From NCBI GenBank assembly GCA_964473285.1, contig CAYYOI010000002.1, positions 1 through 62,277 on the forward strand: a DNA stretch of 62,277 nt, read 5' to 3'. The position numbers were made by a program, and so were the translations under genes. How positions within the stretch are numbered: position 1 is the first letter of the stretch; each line of letters starts with the position of its first letter. Below are positions 27,143 through 36,019 of this stretch, piece after piece. Source of the stretch: an uncultured Methanosarcinales archaeon (lineage in GTDB: Archaea > Nanobdellota > Nanobdellia > Woesearchaeales > JACJVW01). The notes under the pieces were generated by a model. That model made no database searches. It saw only the letters and a list, made by a program, of their open reading frames with translations, and had not been told where the DNA came from.

Positions 27143-27414
27143 ATCTCCTCACCAGGCATGCAACACTTCATGTCTTCATTTACAGACCCATCGTTATTCA
27201 AGCATACCGCTGTTCCAATATTTCTTTCGATCATACCGCCTGGACAGTCACTGCCATCTGGAACACAACTTCCTCCAAGATTTTCGCAACTCTTGGAGTC
27301 ACTGACAAATATGCTGCTACGTGACATAAATACAACAGAAAGAATAACAAGTACAAGCAATGCCAAAGCTGCGATGATAATAACATTCATTGATAATCCT
27401 TGACCTTTTCGCAT
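27139..27414 (-). CDS. Cys-rich mini-pilin (paralog A), first gene of operon
   Basis: ATG 27414 gives MRKG|QGLSMNVIIIAALALLVLVILSVVF, with the SD-like GAGGTG 6 nt upstream (the track uses GTG 27423). 6 Cys; ..DMKCCMPGEEI. Confidence 0.7.
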   Translation of the reverse strand: MRKGQGLSMNVIIIAALALLVLVILSVVFMSRSSIFVSDSKSCENLGGSCVPDGSDCPGGMIERNIGTAVCLNNDGSVNEDMKCCMPGEEI

Positions 27415-27450
27415 GAGATTCACCTCTACTCTAGCCTGAGAGCAAGTAGT

Positions 27451-27458
27451 ATTTAAAA
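27451..27458 (-). promoter_or_regulatory. putative TATA box of pilin/hydrolase operon
   Basis: Minus-strand ttttaaat between the Lrp stop (27459) and pilin A, about 40 nt upstream of ATG 27414, leaving a short SD-containing leader. Confidence 0.35.
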
Positions 27459-27920
27459 TTATCTATGCAGATCCAGGAGTTTTAAGTCACTCATGAAGCA
27501 CTCACGCTTGAGATCATCGATTATATAATGGACATCCACTTTTTCTATGGTAAATTTCTCTTCGACCTTCTCCAGAAATTCCTCAAACTCCTTCAGATGG
27601 CGAAAAACCCCTTCACAAAGGAAGTCGAATCCATTATTGATACGATAAAGGGAATTTACATGGAGATGGGAGAGCATGTATTCGCGAAGCGATTCCCTAC
27701 AGGATTTGTTCACCTTGAGCATGATATTTGCCCGTAAGCTATAACCCAGCTCGTTGAAATCAATTAGAGAGGTGTGCTTTTTTATGAGGCCGCCTCCGTT
27801 ATGGCGCAGACGCTCATAAATTGTAGAGACTGGAATCTTTAGCTTCTTACTCATATTGGTAAGTGATTCTCGGGCATTGCTTCGCAAGCACGTTATTATC
27901 TGCATATCCTTTTGGTTCAT
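27459..27920 (-). CDS. Lrp/AsnC-family transcriptional regulator
   Basis: MNQKDMQIITCLRSNARESLTNMSKKLKIPVSTIYERLRH (HTH) plus a C-terminal RAM-like domain. ATG 27920 is preceded by GGAGGTG; the track start is TTG 27941. Confidence 0.8.
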   Translation of the reverse strand: MNQKDMQIITCLRSNARESLTNMSKKLKIPVSTIYERLRHNGGGLIKKHTSLIDFNELGYSLRANIMLKVNKSCRESLREYMLSHLHVNSLYRINNGFDFLCEGVFRHLKEFEEFLEKVEEKFTIEKVDVHYIIDDLKRECFMSDLKLLDLHR

Positions 27921-28087
27921 TGGGAACACCTCCATTTTCAAGTTGATTGGATTTACTCCACCTTTCCTGAAAATCTATTCTTGAAAAGGAGCCCATAGTA
28001 TATATAATTGATTCTTAAATCTTATATATTGTCTTATAATTATATAATTAAGAAAATTTTTTATATCTGGAGGATTTTTCTTTATAT

Positions 28088-29017
28088 ATGCAAAGGAAAG
28101 TAATCCAGCTAGCGGGGAAGACACTGGTTGTGAGCCTGCCGAACAAATGGGTAAAGCAGTTCGGGATACAAAAAGGGGATGAGCTGGATATCCTTGAAGA
28201 AGATAACCAACTGGTGATCCGTAGCGGTATTAGGAGAGAAGAAAGTAAGAATATATTTATTGATATATCAGATAGTAAAGAGAGAATTATAAGGTGGACT
28301 CTCTCTGCACTTCATAAGAAAGGATATGATGAAATACAAGTTAAATTTGAACATATGGATAAACTACGAATACTTGAGGACCTAATACGGAACCGATTTA
28401 TTGGGTTTGCTATTGTTCATCAAACAGAATCACTCTGCATAATAAGAAACATAACGAAAGAAGCTGAGATGGAGTTTGATTCTATTTTAAGAAGAGGCTT
28501 CTTGGTCACCGAATCCCTGGCAGAAAGCACTTTGGATCTTATGAAAAGAAAGAAATTCAAAGAGATGTCTGAACTAGTTCAACTTGAAAAAACGAATAAT
28601 CAATTGACAAATTTTTGCGAAAGAATAATCAATAAAGGAAAATATCCTGTTGCTAAAGATAGCCATTTTATGTATGTCATTGCCTGGAATCTAGAGAAAG
28701 TAGCGGATGATTACAAGTATATATGTGAATACCTTAGCAGATTAGATAATCCTGTAATTGATCAACCTACAGTTGAAATATTTGAAAGAATAAACCACTA
28801 TTTCAAAGAATTTTATTATCTATTCTATAAATTTAAGATAGAAGAACTTAATGAACTGGATAAGAAAAGAAAGATAATCATTAAAGATATCATTGAAGTA
28901 TGTGAACATGCCAACAAAGAAAACACAGTAATCTTAAACTATCTTCTCAGTAATATCTACAAAATTGTTGATTTCCATGCCTCTACAATTGCGTTGAATA
29001 GTGAGCCTGAAGATTGA
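28088..29017 (+). CDS. AbrB/SpoVT-domain plus PhoU-like regulator
   Basis: N-terminus VIQLAGKTLVVSLPNKWVKQFGIQKGDELDI is an AbrB-type swapped-hairpin motif. The helical C-terminal region has PhoU-like repeats, an architecture common in archaea. Confidence 0.55.
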   Translation: MQRKVIQLAGKTLVVSLPNKWVKQFGIQKGDELDILEEDNQLVIRSGIRREESKNIFIDISDSKERIIRWTLSALHKKGYDEIQVKFEHMDKLRILEDLIRNRFIGFAIVHQTESLCIIRNITKEAEMEFDSILRRGFLVTESLAESTLDLMKRKKFKEMSELVQLEKTNNQLTNFCERIINKGKYPVAKDSHFMYVIAWNLEKVADDYKYICEYLSRLDNPVIDQPTVEIFERINHYFKEFYYLFYKFKIEELNELDKKRKIIIKDIIEVCEHANKENTVILNYLLSNIYKIVDFHASTIALNSEPED

Positions 29018-30941
29018 AAAGCCCGTGTTTCAATTCATCAATAGAATATCTTTCAGTTCCACTGTAATGTAAGTAAAAATCTCTAAGATTATCCTGCATA
29101 TATTCAATAGATTCAATTGCCTGGGAAATAACATGCACCCTTCGCGGATGGAGTTCTGATCGATTACCAGTAGACCAGGCTGATGTCAAAGAGAGGGCAC
29201 GTTGGAATACAGCCCCACAATAAGCAAAAAGGCTTTCTTCTTCGTTTATATCCTCCTCTAATTTTTGGTAAGCTAATTTTACATAATGGAATTGTTTTTC
29301 AAGTGATATTTCTCCAGTATATATAAGTAAATTTGCAAGGTTGAAGGAAAAGGGAACAGAAGCATTTTTTTCGTTATCGAGTTTTGTCATTACACCATCA
29401 TTTCGAACAAAAAGATTTTCAGGGTGATAATCGAAATTGACTTTTGTAGGGCTGGTTTCTAAGTATCTCCATATAGGTTTTCCGTTTTCCGTAATTTCCT
29501 CCAATGTTTTCTTATCAATCTCTGATTGAATAAGATTAAGTTTTGTCTTATTTCTATAATCAACTTGAGGTGCAGAAATATCAACATTTTTCCAAAGGTA
29601 TGCAAGTAGATCTACGGCTTTCTCGAAATATTCAGGTAAGGAAGGGTCTTCGTCGAGAATCTTTTTTTCCAAAGTCTCACCTTCAAGGTTCTCCAAAACA
29701 AGAACAGGCTGCTCAAAATCTGATTGGCTATGCACTAAGGTTGTTAAGGGTATTGGTACATCATAGTCAGTTTTGCGAAGAAGATCGCCCAAGTATTTAG
29801 TGAATTCAAACTCCTCCTCGACAGCCTCCTGGGACCTACACTCCTTGAAGAGCCATTGTTTTTCTCCTTTGATAAAATACATCCCGTTCTTTGTCTGTCC
29901 TATTCGTTCTAGGTTCTCTCCTTCAAAATAATTCTTTTTTACAAGAGGATATAAGAGCTCCAAGGTTTTATTTCGTAAATTAATTACCTTATTATAGCAG
30001 GATGTCAGTGTTGCCACATTATCTGCCAAGTTTATCATATATAAGAACCGCTCCTGATAATAATTAGCTTTTCCCTTGATTCTCTGGAAATATTTATCAG
30101 GTTCTTTTAATAGGACTGGTTCGGCAAAGGTATCGATAAACTCCCTGGCTACTCGCTCATCAAGCATCTTTTCGTAATATGTAATGAAATTACCACCACC
30201 AACTAATGCAGCATTAAAAAGATGCTGTGACTCAAGAATCTCGTCAGGATTATATCTAACTTGCACAGAAGTTTTTGCAAAGTGGAACATGAGACGTTCT
30301 TTAAGAACAGGGGATTCCAATCCATTCAATTTTGCCTCTACCCAGATTGAGGAAAAACTGGAAAGGGCTTGCCTGTACATGGGAAGCGTAATAGTTTCAG
30401 GATTTTTTCGGATCTTTCTATGATACAGGTTGACGATTGGAAATTGCGCGTCAAGATACTTGTACCTTTCCGAAAGGTCTTTTAATAACTGCATCTTTTT
30501 AGGAAGGTCAGATCTTGCAGCTTGAAGATAAGTTTTAGATATATCCAGAAAAGACTTGACAGAGAATTTATAACTGGTTTTTTTACGTTCACGCTTCCGG
30601 GAGATTTCAGATCTAAATGGAAGATTATACATCCTGTTATAAAGAATAGATAGTGTGCATGCGCCCATAGCCACAAAGCCATATGTGAAAATTTCAGTTA
30701 TGGCAAAACCAAAATAGTCATAGGATTCCAAAAAATCCTGAATCTTTGGGTTTGCGCACAAATCCGTAACCCAAGGCTTTTCCAAGAAGGCCTCGCCACC
30801 ATATTTTATGAAGTCAGGTGCGTCATATCTGGTTATATCAAAAAGATTGAATTCTCCTTGTTTGTGAGCCTGATACTCTGTGTATGTATAGTATCCAAGG
30901 GAGGCAAGCAGAAAATTAAACCAATTAAAATGCTTTAGCAT
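28983..30941 (-). CDS. membrane-associated protein with C-terminal APH/choline-kinase-like phosphotransferase domain
   Basis: Hydrophobic N-terminal segments. The C-terminal NFDYHPENLFVRNDG..KLDNE resembles the HxDxxxxN catalytic loop and DxD/N metal site of the protein-kinase-like fold. Confidence 0.45.
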   Translation of the reverse strand: MLKHFNWFNFLLASLGYYTYTEYQAHKQGEFNLFDITRYDAPDFIKYGGEAFLEKPWVTDLCANPKIQDFLESYDYFGFAITEIFTYGFVAMGACTLSILYNRMYNLPFRSEISRKRERKKTSYKFSVKSFLDISKTYLQAARSDLPKKMQLLKDLSERYKYLDAQFPIVNLYHRKIRKNPETITLPMYRQALSSFSSIWVEAKLNGLESPVLKERLMFHFAKTSVQVRYNPDEILESQHLFNAALVGGGNFITYYEKMLDERVAREFIDTFAEPVLLKEPDKYFQRIKGKANYYQERFLYMINLADNVATLTSCYNKVINLRNKTLELLYPLVKKNYFEGENLERIGQTKNGMYFIKGEKQWLFKECRSQEAVEEEFEFTKYLGDLLRKTDYDVPIPLTTLVHSQSDFEQPVLVLENLEGETLEKKILDEDPSLPEYFEKAVDLLAYLWKNVDISAPQVDYRNKTKLNLIQSEIDKKTLEEITENGKPIWRYLETSPTKVNFDYHPENLFVRNDGVMTKLDNEKNASVPFSFNLANLLIYTGEISLEKQFHYVKLAYQKLEEDINEEESLFAYCGAVFQRALSLTSAWSTGNRSELHPRRVHVISQAIESIEYMQDNLRDFYLHYSGTERYSIDELKHGLFNLQAHYSTQL

Positions 30942-31068
30942 TTCAAGTGGTGATTATTTTACCAATATAAACTTTTTGTTACTGTTCAATGATAAAAAGA
31001 GAGATAGTTTTATATATCAGCTATTCATTCCACTCCCTAAAAAGAGAGTATTACATGAGGAAATAACT

Positions 31069-31869
31069 ATGATAGTTAAGCAGGATTTTTTAAATAAACT
31101 CAAGGATTTTGGCTTGAATAGCTATGAAAGCAAATTGTGGACATCGCTACTCTCAAGAGGGATATCAAGCGCAGGTGAGCTATCCGACATCGCTAATGTC
31201 CCGAGATCAAGGACTTACGATGTGCTTGAATCACTTGAAAAGAAGGGATTCATTGTCATGAAGATTGGAAAGCCTATCAAGTACATAGCTGTTCCACCTG
31301 AAGAGGTTGTTGAGCGGGTAAAATCCAAGATACAGGAAGATGCTGATACTCAAACAAAGATTCTTGATGAACTGAGGGAGTCAGAGGTTCTGGAGGAACT
31401 TAACCTTTTGCATACCCAAGGTATAGACATGATAGACCCTAGCGAGATGTCAGGACTTCTCAAAGGGAGAAAGAACCTGTATAATCATTTCGAGAGCATG
31501 ATAAATTCTGCTGAACATTCAATCGTCCTGGTATCCTCCGAGGAGGGACTTATCAGAAAGGCCAATTCTTTCCTGCCTGCCCTGAAGAAAGCAAAAGCAA
31601 GGGGAACAAAAATAAGGATTGCTTCAAACCTTTCAAAAGAGGCTAAAGATAAGCTGTCGCATCTGGCTTGTCTTGCTGAGATAAGACATACTGACATGAA
31701 TGGAAGGTTCCTTCTAGTGGATGGAAAAAACGTGACATTTACGCTTTCTGAAGGGGAAAAGACACACTCAAGCTATGACAGCGGAGTGTGGGTAAAAACA
31801 CCTTTCTTTGCAAAGACATTCTCTGACATGTTCGAGAATCTTTGGAGCGGGATGAAACCCCTCAAATAA
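31069..31869 (+). CDS. TrmB-family transcriptional regulator
   Basis: LKDFGLNSYESKLWTSLLSRGISSAGELSDIANVPRSRTYDVLESLEKKGF is the TrmB wHTH signature. ATG 31069 is preferred over track start 30976. Confidence 0.8.
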   Translation: MIVKQDFLNKLKDFGLNSYESKLWTSLLSRGISSAGELSDIANVPRSRTYDVLESLEKKGFIVMKIGKPIKYIAVPPEEVVERVKSKIQEDADTQTKILDELRESEVLEELNLLHTQGIDMIDPSEMSGLLKGRKNLYNHFESMINSAEHSIVLVSSEEGLIRKANSFLPALKKAKARGTKIRIASNLSKEAKDKLSHLACLAEIRHTDMNGRFLLVDGKNVTFTLSEGEKTHSSYDSGVWVKTPFFAKTFSDMFENLWSGMKPLK

Positions 31870-31938
31870 TTTTTATTTTCTAGCATTATCTTAAAGCGCA
31901 TTTGCAATAAAGTTTAATAAAGAAAAATAAAGAAAATT

Positions 31939-32247
31939 TTAGATCATGTGGAACCATTTCTGCGCGTATCCACCTATCAACGGAATTTCTTTCTCCTTTC
32001 CCTGGATAGCGTAGACTAGCCCGATAATCCAGAAGACGAACAGTACAGGACCTATGAGAAGCATTAACAGGTTCACTACAGGTATAATACTGAGCCCGAA
32101 CCCAATAATCATCAGTAGCAGTGTCTGCCTCAAGTGAAAGCTTCCGAGCGATGTCTTTTCGTTCTGATGCATTACCAGCGCGATAATCCAGCCTATGAGT
32201 GTTATATAACTCAAAATAGCTACAGTATGTCCTTGATTTTTAGCCAT
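31939..32247 (-). CDS. small integral membrane protein (DUF4870-like)
   Basis: Three predicted TM helices with a HLRQTLLLMI motif. Confidence 0.4.
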   Translation of the reverse strand: MAKNQGHTVAILSYITLIGWIIALVMHQNEKTSLGSFHLRQTLLLMIIGFGLSIIPVVNLLMLLIGPVLFVFWIIGLVYAIQGKEKEIPLIGGYAQKWFHMI

Positions 32248-32355
32248 TTATAACCCCCTTATTGTTGTAATTAGTCTCTTATATTTTCTATTTATTAAAT
32301 CTTTCGCAGTGAACGAATTCCTGAAATTTTATCTGAAGAAAAACTGAGTTTAAAA

Positions 32356-33099
32356 CTAGTGGAGTTTCATGGCCCGGCGCATGGATATACCGAAAATAAG
32401 GGAGAACAGTATATAGGTTCCAAGCCAGCCAAAGCCGCTTATCCAAGGGATACTTCCAAGAAGAGGGATATCCTGCATTGGCCTGATGGGTTCGTAGTTG
32501 ATGATTACCTTCTTGATTTGACCGTCATACTCCTTTTCAGCTTCAAGGTATTCTTTGGTTGTGGTTATCTTCACAGACTTGGTGACAGATTCACTATCCG
32601 TGGAGAAGCCAAGAGCATATATCCCTTCAGGACCCTGGAGTTCCCAGGTTGCATTGGTTGCTGGTTGAGTGGCATCGCTCAGGAGGGTGAGACCCTGAGG
32701 ATCAATGGTAATATCTCCTGATTCAGCTATTGCAGAGACTGTGAATGGTTCATTTGGTTCAATCGGATAGAAGGCAAGATTTGCACCCATCCACCAGATG
32801 ACAAGGATTATGGGAAGGAAGGTTATGAGTGTAGGCTTTAGGCTCATCTTCATATATTCCATGTTGGTCTGCATTGCTTTCTGCTGGACCTTCATCATCT
32901 TATCAGGCTGATCTTTTAGCTCTTTCATCTCTTTTTGATATTTCTTGAGCTGCTTCTTGAGCCTTTTCATTTTTGCCTGATCTGTAAAGAACTTATAGGC
33001 CAGGGTGATTATGGTTGAGATCAAGACTGCAAGAATAAGGATTGCAACAAAAGGGTCAAGCTTCAATAAAGGTGATAATAAAGGAGATATAATCGACAT
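32356..33099 (-). CDS. DUF106/EMC3/TMCO1-type (archaeal Oxa1/YidC-like) membrane insertase homolog
   Basis: TM1, then a K-rich coiled coil (KMKRLKKQLKKYQKEMKELKD), then QQKAMQTNMEYMKMSLKP and TM2/3. Lies directly downstream of secY, as in many archaea. Carries an extra ~110-aa soluble insert. Confidence 0.65.
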   Translation of the reverse strand: MSIISPLLSPLLKLDPFVAILILAVLISTIITLAYKFFTDQAKMKRLKKQLKKYQKEMKELKDQPDKMMKVQQKAMQTNMEYMKMSLKPTLITFLPIILVIWWMGANLAFYPIEPNEPFTVSAIAESGDITIDPQGLTLLSDATQPATNATWELQGPEGIYALGFSTDSESVTKSVKITTTKEYLEAEKEYDGQIKKVIINYEPIRPMQDIPLLGSIPWISGFGWLGTYILFSLIFGISMRRAMKLH

Positions 33100-33100
33100 T

Positions 33101-34495
33101 TTATTCCATGAATTTCCTCATCATCGGGTTCATATCCATCATGTGCTGCTTGCTGATCTCTTCATACAGCTTATAGATTATCATCACTGTCAGCAATAGC
33201 CCTGTCCCTGAACCTAGAGCGCCGGATATGTCTGCAAGCGCTGCAAGGATACCTATCGTGATTGCACCCATGACTGTAAGAGGAGTGATGTATCTTTGCA
33301 GTAAGCGTTCAAGAACACGCTGGTCTTTTCTGAAACCAGGAATCTGAAGACCAGAGGACATTATCTGTTTTGCCTGGCTGCGTGCATCCATACCTGCGGT
33401 CTGGATCCAGAATATGCTGAATATGACACAACCGACAACCATTATTAACATATAGATTCCGGCCTGAAGAACGGCATCAAGAGTTACACTACCCTTGATT
33501 ATGCTTCCTACGATGTTAGGGGGATTTGCCCATGCTGCAAGACCTGAGACTGCCTGATCCCCTACAAACTCTCCCAGAAAGGTTCCGCGTCCAAGCCAGC
33601 CTTGTAGAAGGCGTGCCCATAACTGGATATTCGCAAGCAATGCTGCAACCAATATCACTGGAATATTACTTGTATAGATAAAGCTGAGAGGCCAACGGAT
33701 ACCATGTCCCCTTACACGACCGAAACTCAAAGGGATCTCTATTCGCATGGCCTGGCTGTAAACAGCTATCACGAATACTACAATAGTGGATGCAACTGCA
33801 GCAAACTGGAGTCCTGCAGTAATTGGGTCTCCTGCTGCGAGAGATTGGAAAAGTGATGGTACCGCTCCTGCTGCATATTCTGGGTTAAGCTGGGATTTAA
33901 GCGGACTCAGGGCGCGAATAAAGACTGTCTGTGATACTCCTGCTGCAATGAAAAGCGAGATACCTGATCCAAAACCCCATTTGGCTATTACCTCGTCCAT
34001 GAAAAGGATAAGGATTCCTCCTATTATGAGCTGGACTATAAGAAGAACCTCTAACTGAAGATATAAGGGTGTTCCTGCAAACTGAGAGGCAGGAGCAAGA
34101 CCGCCCATAAAAACATAGATTATGGCTTCAAATACTATGAAAAAGACTGCAAGGATCTTTTGGAAACCCTGAAACCTGCGTTTACCCTCTTGTGAGGTAA
34201 GATCGAACTTGAAAATACCAGAACCATTCAATAACTGAAGGACAATGGATGCTGTAACTATAGGACCTATACCAAGAGAGGTGATCGAGCCAAAGCTTGC
34301 ACCCAGGATGACTGAGAGATATTCAAACTGCGAGAGTGCGTTTGCTCCCAGGCCAAATAAGGGTATATGCCCAAGTATGAAGAAGATTACTAGAATTATC
34401 CCAGTCCACTTTAGCTTTTCCTTGAAGGAAAGTCTTTTTTGTGTGGGGCCTGCTACTTCAGGCAGATTCTGGATTATTGAATCAATAAAGGCCAT
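33101..34495 (-). CDS. secY: preprotein translocase subunit SecY
   Basis: 10-TM protein. The N-terminus LPEV..P..RLSFKEKLKWT and its position after uL15 are canonical. Confidence 0.92.
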   Translation of the reverse strand: MAFIDSIIQNLPEVAGPTQKRLSFKEKLKWTGIILVIFFILGHIPLFGLGANALSQFEYLSVILGASFGSITSLGIGPIVTASIVLQLLNGSGIFKFDLTSQEGKRRFQGFQKILAVFFIVFEAIIYVFMGGLAPASQFAGTPLYLQLEVLLIVQLIIGGILILFMDEVIAKWGFGSGISLFIAAGVSQTVFIRALSPLKSQLNPEYAAGAVPSLFQSLAAGDPITAGLQFAAVASTIVVFVIAVYSQAMRIEIPLSFGRVRGHGIRWPLSFIYTSNIPVILVAALLANIQLWARLLQGWLGRGTFLGEFVGDQAVSGLAAWANPPNIVGSIIKGSVTLDAVLQAGIYMLIMVVGCVIFSIFWIQTAGMDARSQAKQIMSSGLQIPGFRKDQRVLERLLQRYITPLTVMGAITIGILAALADISGALGSGTGLLLTVMIIYKLYEEISKQHMMDMNPMMRKFME

Positions 34496-34504
34496 AGAAC
34501 CAAC

Positions 34505-34930
34505 CTATTGCTGTATCTCTCCTCCCGCATTCTTCACCTTTTCAGATGCTTTCTGGGAGGCTTGCTTGACAATTATCTTCATCGGTTTTGTGACTTTGCC
34601 ATTACCGATCAATTTGTCATAACCTGCTTTTCCTAAATCGATTGTATATGTTCCTTTTTCTTCGATTGCAAATCCTTTCTTAACAAAAGTTTCAAGATGG
34701 GTCTCCAGGAACTGAACACCTATTGCTGGTGTAGGTTTTGCTGTCCTGAAGCCTACTCTTCCAAGAAGCTTCCTGGCTTTCCAGGTTGTTGGCTTGTTGC
34801 CTTTACCTTTCTTACCTATTCCTGCATTACCGCGTCCGCCGCGATTACCTGCTCCTCTTCTTTTCTTCATGGAGCCGCAGCCGTGTGTCTTTGACCCGCG
34901 GTACTTTTTCACTTTCTTGCTATGTATCAT
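34505..34930 (-). CDS. rpl15: ribosomal protein uL15
   Basis: KKYRGSKTHGCGSMKKRRGAGNRGGRGNAG; operon position. Confidence 0.92.
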   Translation of the reverse strand: MIHSKKVKKYRGSKTHGCGSMKKRRGAGNRGGRGNAGIGKKGKGNKPTTWKARKLLGRVGFRTAKPTPAIGVQFLETHLETFVKKGFAIEEKGTYTIDLGKAGYDKLIGNGKVTKPMKIIVKQASQKASEKVKNAGGEIQQ

Positions 34931-34931
34931 T

Positions 34932-35276
34932 TTAAATCATGCGTTTAATCAGATCGTTGATCTTTTCCTTCCGGTCACCAAGGGCACCGCCTCTTGCAAA
35001 AGGAACTTTTATTCCTCCATAACCTTTGCGTGGTGGATGCAAGGGTATGAACCTATCTCCTTTCTTTTTCAGTGCCGTTTCAGTCTCTTCATCAAGAATT
35101 CCCCAGGTCACGTAATCTTTTATAACCCTGAGCATGCCTCTTGTTGAAGGCGTATCAGGGATTATGACACATGAATTCTTCCTGAGAAGTTTCAACTTAG
35201 TAAGGGTTTCCTTGACATCCGGCCGAATATTTATTATGCTTCGTACCAAAATTACCGCAATATTTTTCTCTGCCAT
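34932..35276 (-). CDS. rpl30: ribosomal protein uL30
   Basis: MAEKNIAVILVRSIINIRPDVKETLTKLKL. ATG 35276 avoids the overlap with uS5 that the track ORF (to 35384) creates. Confidence 0.88.
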   Translation of the reverse strand: MAEKNIAVILVRSIINIRPDVKETLTKLKLLRKNSCVIIPDTPSTRGMLRVIKDYVTWGILDEETETALKKKGDRFIPLHPPRKGYGGIKVPFARGGALGDRKEKINDLIKRMI

Positions 35277-35278
35277 TT

Positions 35279-36019
35279 TTACTCTTCTTCCAGACCTTCT
35301 TTGAGGTCCTCCGGAAGCTTTCCTTCGACAATCGTTGAATTTGATACTTTTGTACTGATAGTTTTTCTGAGTGCATACATACATGCTATGATCAGGTTTG
35401 TCTTAGTCTTGGTCTGACCACGACCTTTTGACCATACATCTTTTATGCCTGCAAGATCCAGTATCTTCTTGCACTCTTTCTCTACGATAAGACCTTTACC
35501 TTTTGGTGCTGGAAGCAAGGTCATTGTTGCTGAACCGCATTTTCCATCTACACGGAAAGGGACTGTATGAGGGCCATCACAGGCACATTCCCAGCTTCCG
35601 CATCCGCGGGCGATCTTGATCAGATTGAGTTTTGCATTCCTGAGGGCTTTTTCCCTGGCAGGAACTGTCTCTTTTGCTTTTCCATAGCCAATGCCGACGT
35701 AACCATTCCTGTTTCCGACTACTGCAAAGGTTGAGAACTTTGGCTTGTTCCCTTCACGGGTCTTTTTTTGGGTCTGCTTGAATACCCTTCGGGCGCCTCC
35801 TCCGAATTTACCTTTGGATTGACCTATCAAAAGTAGATCGGTCTCTAGATTAGGGAGAAGAGCATCAACTATCTCTGGCTCAAGGATTCTTTTTCCCTGG
35901 CTTATAATCTCATCAATATCTGTAATCCGGCCTTCCTTGACTGCTTTTCCAATCTCAGTCTTTGGAGTCCAGCTATCAAAGATTGTAACCTGCTCCTGAG
36001 TATTTTGTTTTTCGCTCAT
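35279..36019 (-). CDS. rps5: ribosomal protein uS5
   Basis: FAVVGNRNGYVGIGYGKAKETVPAREKALRNAK; operon position. Confidence 0.93.
   Translation of the reverse strand: MSEKQNTQEQVTIFDSWTPKTEIGKAVKEGRITDIDEIISQGKRILEPEIVDALLPNLETDLLLIGQSKGKFGGGARRVFKQTQKKTREGNKPKFSTFAVVGNRNGYVGIGYGKAKETVPAREKALRNAKLNLIKIARGCGSWECACDGPHTVPFRVDGKCGSATMTLLPAPKGKGLIVEKECKKILDLAGIKDVWSKGRGQTKTKTNLIIACMYALRKTISTKVSNSTIVEGKLPEDLKEGLEEE

Noticed and set aside
35277-35384. N-terminal extension of uL30 overlapping the uS5 C-terminus. Similar extensions exist for uS8 (38519..38596), uL22 (43231..43269) and uL14 (40722..40742).
   Set aside because: The conserved r-protein N-termini begin at internal ATGs that abut the upstream stop codons. 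The extensions have no homology-like features.
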